Source of the DNA: a virus
Taxonomy: Duplodnaviria; Caudoviricetes
Reading direction: 5' to 3' (one strand)
DNA: 63,424 bases
Virus record (IMG/VR): IMGVR_UViG_3300028025_001987
Span: 1 to 63,424 of that record
Position 1 is the first letter of the stretch; each line of letters begins with the position of its first letter. A program made the position numbers and the translations under genes. The notes beneath the pieces are model-generated. The model saw nothing but the letters and a program-made list of their open reading frames with translations, ran no database searches and was not told where the DNA came from. Below, piece after piece: positions 49,028 to 58,045 of this stretch.

Positions 49028-50479
49028 TCATAAATAAAAATCTTGTTTAAAATGATTCACCGTGTAGTCTTTCTTCTTTGTGACAGCCTTGTAGATGTCG
49101 TGTTCAATACCACCCTTGGCAAAAATCCAATACACTTGATTCTCAAGCCTCTCCTTTGTAGTCATTCGGTCTTTGCTCTGCCAATAACTCGTAGCACTGA
49201 AGTCAATGTTGTAGTAAACCAAATACTCAGCGTGTCTTAAACTGATTCCTTCTCGTCCACTTACAATCTGCAATGCTATATTCTTATTGGTGTCTTCAAA
49301 GACACTTAACTCGGAGGTTAAGTCGTCACCAAATATTTGTTTGAGTGCGTTGTACTCTTCTTTAAACTTATAGAAGATTCCAATCTTGCATCCTTCAAAC
49401 TGCTCTTTGATAAACTCAGCCTTGCTCAAATCAAGTATCATACTATTCCCACTCTCAAACTTAATCGTCCCGCTGCACAACTGATGCACCTTCATCATCA
49501 ACTTCACAGGAGTGTCCCCCAAAATTATTTCTTCTTTTCCTTCTATCACTAATTCTTTCTTTAATTTTTTTATCATCGCATAAGTTGATGGCTTCATCTC
49601 TACCTCCAATATTTCTTCTTTAGTCTCAGACATAAAACCTGCCTCCTGCTGTGTGTAGTTGATAGTATATGGTTCCATCTCTTTGAGTATGGTGTCAAGT
49701 CCGCCACTATAATCATTAACAAATAGTCCGTTAATCTTACGCTGTTTTACTTTAACATACTTATCGCAGAACCTATAAAAGTTTTTAAATTCTCTGAACG
49801 GGTTGTTAGGTATCGCATATACTTGATGGTACATTTGTGAGTATGACTCAGGTGTTGGTGTACCACTAAGTAATATCACCATTGGTCTGCATTTTTTAAT
49901 TACCTCTGATACCAATTCTGCCCTCCCGCTCGGTTTTGGAAACGCCCCCATCCCGTGTGCTTCATCACAAACAATCAAGTCCCACTTCTTTTCATTCATT
50001 ACAGTGTGTAGGCTTTCATAGTTAATTACTTGCATATAATACGAAGGGCTAAGCATTGAGTAGTCCTCTGATATGGTGCTCAGTGCTTTCTTCTTGGTAA
50101 TAAATAGCACATTTCTTGCAAGCACACGCACAGCTATTCCAAGACTTGTCAATGTCTTTCCGGTACGAACCTCCATTGCTAAATACAGGAAGCCATACTT
50201 AGAAAGTATTTGCTGACCTTTCTCAATTATGTCAATCTGATAATCTCTGTAATTAAATCCTTGTTTGTCCTCCATCTCGTATAAGTTTTTATAATGCTCG
50301 CAACTGCTGATAATCTTGTCTATGATTTCTTGCTCTGTGTTATACTTAAGAACTTCTCGTATCTCAACTGCCTTGCCCCTGCCCGACTTTGTAGTCTTGG
50401 TTTGTAATACAACTTTCTTAAGCGTTTCGCAATAGTCCCACATCGCCTTGTTATTATATCCTGAGGTACGTTCAATCAT
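49028..50479 (-). CDS. SF2 (SNF2-like) DNA helicase
   Basis: RDYQ, MEVRTGKT, INYE, DEAH, SGTP, GREGISL, Q..DR. Confidence 0.9.
   Translation of the reverse strand: MIERTSGYNNKAMWDYCETLKKVVLQTKTTKSGRGKAVEIREVLKYNTEQEIIDKIISSCEHYKNLYEMEDKQGFNYRDYQIDIIEKGQQILSKYGFLYLAMEVRTGKTLTSLGIAVRVLARNVLFITKKKALSTISEDYSMLSPSYYMQVINYESLHTVMNEKKWDLIVCDEAHGMGAFPKPSGRAELVSEVIKKCRPMVILLSGTPTPESYSQMYHQVYAIPNNPFREFKNFYRFCDKYVKVKQRKINGLFVNDYSGGLDTILKEMEPYTINYTQQEAGFMSETKEEILEVEMKPSTYAMIKKLKKELVIEGKEEIILGDTPVKLMMKVHQLCSGTIKFESGNSMILDLSKAEFIKEQFEGCKIGIFYKFKEEYNALKQIFGDDLTSELSVFEDTNKNIALQIVSGREGISLRHAEYLVYYNIDFSATSYWQSKDRMTTKERLENQVYWIFAKGGIEHDIYKAVTKKKDYTVNHFKQDFYL
49290..49305. repeat. 16-bp palindrome copy (inside helicase)
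   Basis: GTGTCTTCAAAGACAC. Confidence 0.9.
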
Positions 50480-50811
50480 TTTCTTATTCTTTTTTCGCAG
50501 TGACCACAATACATTTTCCTTTTATACTCTGCTATAACAGGCTGAGGACATTCGCAATCATTGCTGATGCGTGTGCCATCGTCATTGTAGTTCAGGGCAA
50601 TGTACTCCATCAAGTCTACGCAGTTCTCAAACATATCATAAGACTGAAAGTAGTCCATCATTAACTGAATCAACTCGATTGGTATATCTTCGTCCGGAAC
50701 GTGAGCAAATAAACTTACATCTGACATTCCAATCTCTTCAAGTGTATTTCTTTCTGTAATTAGGTTAAATGAATTAACCATTCCCACGTGTATCATTTGT
50801 TCTTTTGTCAT
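50476..50811 (-). CDS. hypothetical protein with C-terminal Zn ribbon
   Basis: CEC...CGHC. Confidence 0.55.
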   Translation of the reverse strand: MTKEQMIHVGMVNSFNLITERNTLEEIGMSDVSLFAHVPDEDIPIELIQLMMDYFQSYDMFENCVDLMEYIALNYNDDGTRISNDCECPQPVIAEYKRKMYCGHCEKRIRK

Positions 50812-50820
50812 TTGTTTTAA

Positions 50821-53244
50821 TTAAAAAGGTGCTTCTTCAAGTCCCTCAGGTTTGCTTTTAATGATTATCCATCTGCCTTGTTGGTCTCTATCCTCCTGTG
50901 GCATTACTCCTTCCTTATAAATACCGTAAGCGATAAGCCATTTGTAAAACTTGGTTCGACTCACGCTCATCCTACCTCTCGGTCCATAGTCAGGATACTC
51001 ATCCACAAAGTTTGAATACAACTCGTTTTTATAAAGTCTCGTATCAGCCTGCAACATAACCTCTCTGTTCTGATGCGTATCAACAAGTCCACACCACTCA
51101 ATAAACTCGTGGCAAGTCTCTGCTGACAACTGACGAATCTTAAGGTTCACAAACTTACTCTTGACAAGTCCGGTCTTGATATAGTTAGTTAAACAACCAA
51201 TCATATAATTGTCAAACTCACACCAATCCTCATCGTTCCAATCGCCAAACATCAACTTACCAAACTCATCAAGTGGCGTGAACTCTTTGGTATAATACTG
51301 ATGCAACTCCAACTCCCACTTTCTTCTTGCAAATGAATTGCCGGCTCCCTTAATCGCATAGTTCGTAGTGATGGCAATCTTCGGAGACCTACTGAATGGT
51401 ATCTTGATGGCGTCCTTGTTTTTCTTCTCGAGTGTCAACCCTTCTGTAACCACTGAAAATAATCTCTCGAAGTCAAAATGCTTTCTCACATCATCGAAGC
51501 AAAGTATCTGCGTGTCTGCTGACACCAACTGATAAGCGAAGCTACGCTCAAAAGCAAATGACTTGCCATCAATAACAACCAATTTCTTCATCTTACTAAG
51601 TGCGTTCATAAGTAGTCCCTTCCCTGTTCCACCCTCAGGGTTATCGCTGATAACCTCATCGTTCAAGATAATTGCCGGACAAAATGATAAGTTCTTATAT
51701 CCGTGCATCAAGAATCCAAGCGTACTCTCCATTGACTTAACTCGCTGCTCATCTCCACCGTTGATATTACTCACGAATTTTTTGAAGTCACATCTCTCGG
51801 TCACACTGCAGATATTAAAGTTCCTGTCTATCACGTGGTCTTTCCACACGTATCCTCCCAAGTCCAAGTAGTCAAGTGTTATTACTCCATCCTTGCTAAT
51901 CTTCACAGCACAATTCTTGTAGTACAAGTATGACGCATCTTTGGTATCAGCAATAAAATAAATCTCAATCGTTGAAAGCAAAGACAGAAACTCTTCTTTG
52001 AAGAATCTTGTATTGTCAGCGAAGTAATTGTAAACTCCAATGTCATCTAACTCCAACAAGTGCGTAAGCACGAAGTCCTTAATCTCTTTCTCAGAAGTGT
52101 GGTCAATCAAATTGTTTGTAACCTTTACGAATATGTAGTTCTTCCCACCCTCAGGGCAATACTTGTAGAAGCCATTGTCTTCCAAGAACTGCTTGAACTG
52201 TACGTGCACAATCTTTATGACTCCTCTATCGTTTCTGTCCCAAAAAGTTTGCATTGCATTCTCTTCCTCAACTTTATTAAGTACCGATTCAATAGTCTCG
52301 CTCTCCAAATTGGAGTCTTGCAATTGGATGCGAATTTCTTTTTTTGATACACCTCTCCTCAGCTTTGCTTTAATGGTATTGATACGCTCCTCATCTTCGT
52401 AGTACTTAGTACCGAAGTTCGTTGTATGCCTGTACGCAGAGTCAATGGTTGTTCCAATCTCTCTGAGTGTAAAGTCTTCTGTTGCAAACTGATTGATTAC
52501 ATAAGATGCAAGGCTCTTGTTTATACCGAAGTCATTGAACGCCATCGCAAGCACATACGCATTCTGATTACGTTGTCCCTCGTGCATAGGATACTTTTTC
52601 TCCCACCACTTTACAAGTATCTCCACAATCTTATTCTCATCCGTGATAGGAATGGTTGCCTTGTCTCTTGTTCTACTTACCTCAGTGTACTCAGGCTCCT
52701 CAATCTTATCCCAAATGCTACTATTCTCATTAATCGCAATTAGAGGGTCATACGACTCGTAACATACTCGGCTGAGGTTCTTGCTCGTCTTGTCGAAATA
52801 AGCCGAGTTAAAGTACTTTTCTAATGAATTAAAGTACATCGTGTGGTTCTCTGCATCTGCCGGAATCTTAACCAACACTTTTAGACCATTGCCCGAAGGG
52901 GAAATGAATACTGAAAACACATACTTGTTCTTTGATAAGTTCTCTTTGTCTTGCAATAATTCTTTCTGCTTGGTATATCCATCGAAGTCCAAACATATCA
53001 ATCCTGAATGCTCAAGTAATGAGGCATCTGTTCTCTTATTAAACGTACCGCTAAAACATATCGCAGGTAACTGCTTCTTTAGTTCCTGTCTCTCAGGCTT
53101 GCTCTTTTCTAATCGTATTCTCTTCACTAAATCCTTAGTAGCACCGGCTCCGTCCTTCATTCTCTCGAGTATAACGTGTACATCTCGGAAGAATGGCGTG
53201 TCAGTATCTCTAATATTTTGGAATATCGTCACGTTATGTACCAT
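50821..53244 (-). CDS. Primase-helicase (VirE_N/BT4734-like primase, PriCT, P-loop helicase)
   Basis: K..LPAICFSG, SGLICLDFD, FISPSGNGLK, R.CY.SYDP, EGQRN, GGTGKG, FDD, ITTN. Confidence 0.88.
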   Translation of the reverse strand: MVHNVTIFQNIRDTDTPFFRDVHVILERMKDGAGATKDLVKRIRLEKSKPERQELKKQLPAICFSGTFNKRTDASLLEHSGLICLDFDGYTKQKELLQDKENLSKNKYVFSVFISPSGNGLKVLVKIPADAENHTMYFNSLEKYFNSAYFDKTSKNLSRVCYESYDPLIAINENSSIWDKIEEPEYTEVSRTRDKATIPITDENKIVEILVKWWEKKYPMHEGQRNQNAYVLAMAFNDFGINKSLASYVINQFATEDFTLREIGTTIDSAYRHTTNFGTKYYEDEERINTIKAKLRRGVSKKEIRIQLQDSNLESETIESVLNKVEEENAMQTFWDRNDRGVIKIVHVQFKQFLEDNGFYKYCPEGGKNYIFVKVTNNLIDHTSEKEIKDFVLTHLLELDDIGVYNYFADNTRFFKEEFLSLLSTIEIYFIADTKDASYLYYKNCAVKISKDGVITLDYLDLGGYVWKDHVIDRNFNICSVTERCDFKKFVSNINGGDEQRVKSMESTLGFLMHGYKNLSFCPAIILNDEVISDNPEGGTGKGLLMNALSKMKKLVVIDGKSFAFERSFAYQLVSADTQILCFDDVRKHFDFERLFSVVTEGLTLEKKNKDAIKIPFSRSPKIAITTNYAIKGAGNSFARRKWELELHQYYTKEFTPLDEFGKLMFGDWNDEDWCEFDNYMIGCLTNYIKTGLVKSKFVNLKIRQLSAETCHEFIEWCGLVDTHQNREVMLQADTRLYKNELYSNFVDEYPDYGPRGRMSVSRTKFYKWLIAYGIYKEGVMPQEDRDQQGRWIIIKSKPEGLEEAPF

Positions 53245-53405
53245 CTTATGTCGGTTTTATGTCGTTTTAAACTATCTAACTATCTGATTACTAATACTAA
53301 TGTCGATTATGTCGATTTTAAGTTCAAATTATAATCAAAGAAAATAAAAAGAATATAAAAACACATATAGAGAATATAGGGAAAACACATCGACATTTTC
53401 GTCAC
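53245..53405. repeat. ATGTCG iteron-like cluster B (candidate replication origin)
   Basis: ATGTCG at 53248, 53259, 53300, 53309; CGACAT at 53391; A-rich tract; adjacent to the primase-helicase gene. Confidence 0.6.
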
Positions 53406-53416
53406 GCATTAGAGGT

Positions 53417-53443
53417 AAAAAAAGGGGAAGTTTTCACTCCCCC
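53417..53443 (-). terminator. intrinsic terminator after ssb
   Basis: Minus strand GGGGAG-TGAAAA-CTTCCCC followed by T7. Confidence 0.7.
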
Positions 53444-53470
53444 GATTCTTTTTCTAAATGGGTGTTAATT

Positions 53471-53785
53471 CTAAAATGGAAGTTCGCCATCTTCATCTTC
53501 TGCAACCTCAGGTTCAGGTGCCTTTTGCTTAGGCGTAGCCTGTTTCTCTGATTGTGGCTTCATACCACTTTGTGCAGTCGGCTCATAGGTATCCAACTCA
53601 ATGTAATAATTGCCACTACGTGCAGTCTTTACATTAAGGTTAATCCATCCGCCCTTCTCGTGCTGTCTGATGAATGCTACTCCATCGTCTGCCTTGATTG
53701 ATAATCGCCCAACTACAAAGTCAGGTGCTTTTTCGTTCCTCTTGAATGAGAATCCGTCTGCAAAGATTTTTTCTTCGTTTGCCAT
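53471..53785 (-). CDS. single-stranded DNA-binding protein-like
   Basis: Compact beta domain, flexible linker, acidic tail EDEDGELPF. Confidence 0.7.
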   Translation of the reverse strand: MANEEKIFADGFSFKRNEKAPDFVVGRLSIKADDGVAFIRQHEKGGWINLNVKTARSGNYYIELDTYEPTAQSGMKPQSEKQATPKQKAPEPEVAEDEDGELPF

Positions 53786-53861
53786 TTTGTTCTATTTTTT
53801 TTGTTGCCTCAGTCTATTTGTACCAATCAAAGACCTCTGAGGCTAAGCCTATAATTAGTTG

Positions 53862-53947
53862 AGGTCGGGGCAGGAATTGAACCTGCAGTAACCAATTAAC
53901 GGAATCAAGCCACTAACGTAGGTGCCACAATTTTCCGTCACCCGACC
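53862..53947 (-). tRNA. degenerate tRNA-like RNA (loop CUUGAUU; UGA if read canonically)
   Basis: Acceptor GGTCGGG/CCCGACC, T arm GCAGG-TTCAATT-CCTGC, enlarged D loop, G-U-rich anticodon stem, U at position 37. Confidence 0.55.
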
Positions 53948-54026
53948 ATTTGCTTGTCTTTCCAAGCTGTCTGAATGAGGGTATTTTGTACGTAATTCAG
54001 GAACCTCTCATTATCTACCTTAGTTG

Positions 54027-54119
54027 TCGTCAGAGTGGGAATCGAACCCACACCATCTCTTACGAGTGCTCTAATTCCTCTAAGACTCCATTTAATTAGG
54101 AGCATTAAGCTATCTGACT
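54027..54119 (-). ncRNA. tRNA-like RNA lacking an anticodon loop
   Basis: GTCAGA/TCTGAC acceptor, TAGCTTAA start, T arm GTGGG-TTCGATT-CCCAC; anticodon arm replaced by CTC-GTAA-GAG; expanded D region. Confidence 0.6.
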
Positions 54120-54123
54120 GCCT

Positions 54124-54139
54124 GTGTCTTTGAAGACAC
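54124..54139. repeat. 16-bp palindrome copy immediately 5' of the tRNA-like RNA
   Basis: GTGTCTTTGAAGACAC. Confidence 0.9.
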
Positions 54140-54159
54140 TTGCTTCGGGGGATGCAATA

Positions 54160-54906
54160 TTATAATAAATATTCGTCAATGTAGTAGTTCACAATATCAT
54201 CTGATGGGTAAGCACTAAAATATTTATCATATATCTGAATTGCTTTGCCAACTTTGATTTCGCCACCTTTTACAAAGTCTTCTGTTGGTCTAAAAATACC
54301 AAGTACTCCGGTGCCTTTGTCAATAACGTAGAACACCAATGGCTTACCAAACAACTCCTGATAAATGTAGCACTGAGAATCGTAATTGTACTGCTTTGCT
54401 GTGTACTTAAACTTATGAATGTCACTCGTAGTCTTAAGGTCAATCACTGCATTGTCAGTAACAATATCAGCCTTCCCTTTCCACATCCTTCCTTGAATCG
54501 TTCCAACTGCCGGAGTCTCATACTCATTACCTGCTTTGTAAATCTCATCATAGAACGCAATGTTCCCATTGATAATACTTACTAAGTTTTGAATCTCGTC
54601 CTGCTCCTTCTTCAACATACAAAAAGGTAGGTTGTTTTCTTCGCAGAATAACTTATACTCTTTGGTAGTACGTGTACTCACATCTACTGCCGGCATACCC
54701 TTCGCTTTCTCAGGCTCCAAGATTAACTGATGAAAGTATCTGCCATCCATAAATGCTTTATTGTCTTCACGTGTCTTACCGAAGTCTTGAGGATTGCTAA
54801 GCAATATGCCTATGTCTGAATTAGATAAATAGTTCTTGCCATACCCATTGTAATACTCGTTGTCATCTCTGAGCAACGTTATAATTTCTGATACTTGATT
54901 TTCCAT
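54160..54906 (-). CDS. RecE/exonuclease VIII-like PD-(D/E)xK nuclease (DUF3799-like)
   Basis: LSNSD, G..FH..ILEP, KGKAD, IDLKTT, Y..Q...Y. Confidence 0.85.
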   Translation of the reverse strand: MENQVSEIITLLRDDNEYYNGYGKNYLSNSDIGILLSNPQDFGKTREDNKAFMDGRYFHQLILEPEKAKGMPAVDVSTRTTKEYKLFCEENNLPFCMLKKEQDEIQNLVSIINGNIAFYDEIYKAGNEYETPAVGTIQGRMWKGKADIVTDNAVIDLKTTSDIHKFKYTAKQYNYDSQCYIYQELFGKPLVFYVIDKGTGVLGIFRPTEDFVKGGEIKVGKAIQIYDKYFSAYPSDDIVNYYIDEYLL

Positions 54907-55553
54907 TACTCTGCGTTTAAAATGTTAGCGATTTCTTTCTTTAATGCCGGACTGATTTTATACTTGCGTGTAAGCTGTGCACCAATCTTCTCAATACCTA
55001 AAGACTTGTTAGCCGTTACGTATTTCACAACTGCGTTCCAATTGTCAGTACCTTTTTTCAAGTCTACCAATCCATCACCTACTGCAGGTGCTGTCTTTTT
55101 AGGAGCCTCAACTTTTGTAGCTGTAGTCTCTCCCTCAGGTAAATCTTCTCCTGCATAAATATAAATCCCCAACCCAAACATCGCTAAGTTCTTAACCAAG
55201 CAACGCATAATGGTTTTGTTAATGTCGAACGTAGTCGCTGACTCAACCTTCTTGTCGCCATAGCGTGAACTATAGCCGTACTCAGTCTTCTTCATTGATT
55301 TATTCGCCCCATCCATCACCGGCAACCACATCTCAAGCGTCTCGCCTTCGATAGTTACGGTAGTGTGGCACATAAATCCAAGTGCATCGTCATAAGTCGT
55401 TTCACCGATTTTGTACGTGGCATCAGGACACTCAGTCTTTGTCTTTGACCAAGCCCACGCCCAAGATAAATAAGTTAGATTGCTTTTCTTTTCAACGTGG
55501 TCGTTCACATTGATGGCGGATAGCCTTTCAAAAACCGTTGGTTTCTTTTCCAT
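54906..55553 (-). CDS. Sak/Rad52-like single-strand annealing protein (DUF1071)
   Basis: VEKK.NLTYLSWAWAW, LPVMD..NK, DINK.IMRCLVK..A.FGLGIYIYAGEDLP. Confidence 0.9.
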   Translation of the reverse strand: MEKKPTVFERLSAINVNDHVEKKSNLTYLSWAWAWSKTKTECPDATYKIGETTYDDALGFMCHTTVTIEGETLEMWLPVMDGANKSMKKTEYGYSSRYGDKKVESATTFDINKTIMRCLVKNLAMFGLGIYIYAGEDLPEGETTATKVEAPKKTAPAVGDGLVDLKKGTDNWNAVVKYVTANKSLGIEKIGAQLTRKYKISPALKKEIANILNAE

Positions 55554-55585
55554 TTGATTTGATTTGATTGATTGATTTGATTTGA

Positions 55586-55816
55586 TTAAGAAAGTTGATT
55601 ATTCCACGCTTCTTGCATTTCGTGTGGAGCATCAAAATACTTCTGTAATTCAGCAAGTGCTTCCTCTGTACTTGAAAACGGTATTGTCCTACATCCTACA
55701 CGGATTACGCATCCTCTTGACATAAACTGAATGTTGATTTCCCAACGACTTAAAGCCTCTTGCTTTGATGGTTTCCACTCTTGTGGCATAGGTTCTTCTC
55801 TAATTACATTTTCCAT
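55586..55816 (-). CDS. hypothetical protein
   Basis: 76-aa ORF with AATCA-repeat leader. Confidence 0.6.
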   Translation of the reverse strand: MENVIREEPMPQEWKPSKQEALSRWEINIQFMSRGCVIRVGCRTIPFSSTEEALAELQKYFDAPHEMQEAWNNQLS

Positions 55817-55846
55817 TTGATTTGATTTGATTGATTACTGATTTGA

Positions 55847-56149
55847 TTAGATAAACACCGCTCTCTCTACATCCTTGACAATAGACACGTAGTCCTTGTC
55901 TTCTGCAATCTTCTGCTCAACCGCAGTGATGCCGTGAATGATTGAGGAGTGCTTAATGTCGTAGCCTGCTTCGTTCATATACTTTTGGATATAGGTAACT
56001 TGCATAGGTCTCTTTGAGCATAGGTAATACACGAGATGCCTCGCATCCACAAACTCCCTCTTCTTTGACTTTGAGAATATATCTTCCTTATTAATATTGA
56101 ATAAGTCGGCAACCCTCTCCACATACTGATTAAAAACATCGTGCTTCAT
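55847..56149 (-). CDS. DnaA C-terminal-like HTH DNA-binding protein
   Basis: VA..F.I..EDI.SKS..R..V.AR....Y......HSSIIHG. Confidence 0.75.
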   Translation of the reverse strand: MKHDVFNQYVERVADLFNINKEDIFSKSKKREFVDARHLVYYLCSKRPMQVTYIQKYMNEAGYDIKHSSIIHGITAVEQKIAEDKDYVSIVKDVERAVFI

Positions 56150-56171
56150 AAAATAATTTAATTTAAGACAA

Positions 56172-56179
56172 CAAATATA
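56172..56179 (-). promoter_or_regulatory. -7 promoter element
   Basis: TATATTTG on the minus strand. Confidence 0.6.
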
Positions 56180-56205
56180 CGAGAATATGTTCACAACTCG
56201 TTCAT

Positions 56206-56427
56206 TTATTTGTTAATTTTTTCCCACAATTTTATTTCTGTTTCATCAAGGGAACGGCTCTTAAACTCATCATCTAAATAAAACTCACCTGATTCTAAAA
56301 CTTGTATGTACATTCCCCCCACGTAGTGTACAACGTCAGTACAGTCCTTACGTAGCTTCTCATTTGGATTCTTGTCAAGGAAAGATTCCTTGCACATAAA
56401 ACGCCCGCTGTTGATAAATTTTTCCAT
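56206..56427 (-). CDS. hypothetical protein
   Basis: 73-aa ORF. Confidence 0.55.
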   Translation of the reverse strand: MEKFINSGRFMCKESFLDKNPNEKLRKDCTDVVHYVGGMYIQVLESGEFYLDDEFKSRSLDETEIKLWEKINK

Positions 56428-56481
56428 TAGATTAAAGTTTAAGGGAGCACAAGGCTCCCGTTGATTTGATTAAATTTCGTA

Positions 56482-56489
56482 CAAATATA
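56482..56489 (-). promoter_or_regulatory. -7 promoter element followed by a leader hairpin
   Basis: TATATTTG, then GGGAGC-CTTGT-GCTCCC (56443-56459). Confidence 0.55.
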
Positions 56490-56496
56490 GTTCAAT

Positions 56497-56694
56497 TTAT
56501 TTATAAAACAATAAATCGCTATACTTCACATACACAAAACCATCGTGAATGATTTTGTCTGCATTATCCCACGACTCCTTCGTGATGATATGACCCTCAG
56601 GAAAATTTGGATTAGCCTCCAACTCCTGAATTAATAAGGACGCTTGCTCCTGCAACATCCTTAGTCTGTCTATTAGTGTTTCTTGCTTATCCAT
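56497..56694 (-). CDS. hypothetical protein
   Basis: 65-aa ORF. Confidence 0.5.
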   Translation of the reverse strand: MDKQETLIDRLRMLQEQASLLIQELEANPNFPEGHIITKESWDNADKIIHDGFVYVKYSDLLFYK

Positions 56695-57082
56695 AAACCA
56701 CCTCCCCCATAGTTAGGTATTGGAACACAACGTCTGCTGAGTCTCCATCGCCCTCTTCTTTTAAGTGCCTATCTAATGCCCACTTGTTTGGACTCTCTGC
56801 AAGCAACTGCAGGCGTGCCTGCATAGTGCCACGTGTGATGACGCCTATTACCTCATCTTCATCTTCTGCATCATTTATAGCTACCTTCACATCGTGGTCT
56901 AAGATAGCTTTTAGGATTGCTGTACTAAGGTATGGGTCTTCCTCTTTAGGAACCGCTTTGCGGATTGCTTTGATTGACTCCTCAGGTAGAAAGTACCAAT
57001 AGTTACTGCCTCCTTCTAATGCTGTTACGAAAATATCTTCTAAGACTTCTCGCTTTACTCCTTGAATGATTTTGATTTCCAT
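56687..57082 (-). CDS. conserved phage hypothetical protein
   Basis: TALEGGSNYW...D.D.ADV..Q....GEVVYG. Confidence 0.7.
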   Translation of the reverse strand: MEIKIIQGVKREVLEDIFVTALEGGSNYWYFLPEESIKAIRKAVPKEEDPYLSTAILKAILDHDVKVAINDAEDEDEVIGVITRGTMQARLQLLAESPNKWALDRHLKEEGDGDSADVVFQYLTMGEVVYG

Positions 57083-57083
57083 T

Positions 57084-57320
57084 TTATTTGATTTGATTTG
57101 ATTGTAAATATTGAAACACTTCATCGTACACTGCATCGAACTCTTCTTGAATTTTCTCAGTGTACCTCAACTCTCCATTGCCATCATCATCTTCGTTAGT
57201 GTCGTACAAGTTAACACCCTCCCCCTCGTACTTAATTTCGATAAACAATGCGGTCATCTCTGATGCCAATTCGTTCAGGTAGAACGTGGCTTTTGGCGTG
57301 CCATTGATTACATTTTCCAT
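57084..57320 (-). CDS. acidic hypothetical protein
   Basis: 78-aa ORF. Confidence 0.55.
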   Translation of the reverse strand: MENVINGTPKATFYLNELASEMTALFIEIKYEGEGVNLYDTNEDDDGNGELRYTEKIQEEFDAVYDEVFQYLQSNQIK

Positions 57321-57324
57321 TTGA

Positions 57325-57639
57325 TTAGTCTTTTAATTGTTTGATTTCTAAATCCTCACACGTGTAGTCGATGGCTAAAAAGATTTGCTCCATCGTAGCA
57401 TCATTGGTCATTGCCCTGCTAAGCACATCGTAAGCCTGCTCTTTACTGCAATCGTAATTTTGCATAACGTCATCAACGCACCATAGGTTTTCTACAAAGT
57501 ACCCTTTGCTTCTGAGCAACGCACGTGCTGTCGCCCCATCATTCAATTTTTCTTTTAATCGCTTTACCTCATCCCGAAGAAAGTCGATTTCCAAGTTGGC
57601 ACTTGCCACTTGACTCATCTCGTAGTGATTTTTTGACAT
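57325..57639 (-). CDS. hypothetical protein
   Basis: 104-aa ORF; W.VDDV...S.EQA..VL. Confidence 0.6.
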   Translation of the reverse strand: MSKNHYEMSQVASANLEIDFLRDEVKRLKEKLNDGATARALLRSKGYFVENLWCVDDVMQNYDCSKEQAYDVLSRAMTNDATMEQIFLAIDYTCEDLEIKQLKD

Positions 57640-57773
57640 ACTGATTTGATTTGATTATAAATTAATTTGATAAAAATTATTACACATAGTAACGAATAGA
57701 TAGTGATAGCCAAAGGCACCGACACTAAGAAGAAGTAAACAAGCCCGAAGGATATTTTAAAAAACTTTTTCAT
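57615..57773 (-). CDS. small membrane protein
   Basis: MKKFFKISFGLVYFFLVSVPLAITIYSLLCVIIF. Confidence 0.45.
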   Translation of the reverse strand: MKKFFKISFGLVYFFLVSVPLAITIYSLLCVIIFIKLIYNQIKSVCQKITTR

Positions 57774-57783
57774 AGCATTTGGT

Positions 57784-58008
57784 TTAAAATGAAATAACAT
57801 CGAAGTCCTGATACATCTCAACTGTTGCCTTAGGGTACGCATTTTGCAACTCAAAGACATAGTCGTCATTGTCATAAAGAATATCATTCTCCCTTTCATA
57901 GGCTACCATTGGCTGAATGATTTTTTTGATTTGTTCCTCATCTAAGGTTGTCATTAGGTAGAAGTCCTCTTCCGCCCAAGCACTCGTGTTGATTTTAAAA
58001 ACTTGCAT
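57784..58008 (-). CDS. acidic hypothetical protein
   Basis: 74-aa ORF directly 3' of hammerhead C. Confidence 0.55.
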   Translation of the reverse strand: MQVFKINTSAWAEEDFYLMTTLDEEQIKKIIQPMVAYERENDILYDNDDYVFELQNAYPKATVEMYQDFDVISF

Positions 58009-58045
58009 TGTCGTGGTTTTAATGTTTGTTAAATTTAATAAATTT

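Noticed and set aside
54027-54119. tmRNA or an intron-containing tRNA
   Set aside because: Too short for tmRNA, no G3-U70 pair or tag ORF; the extra sequence is in the D region, not the anticodon loop
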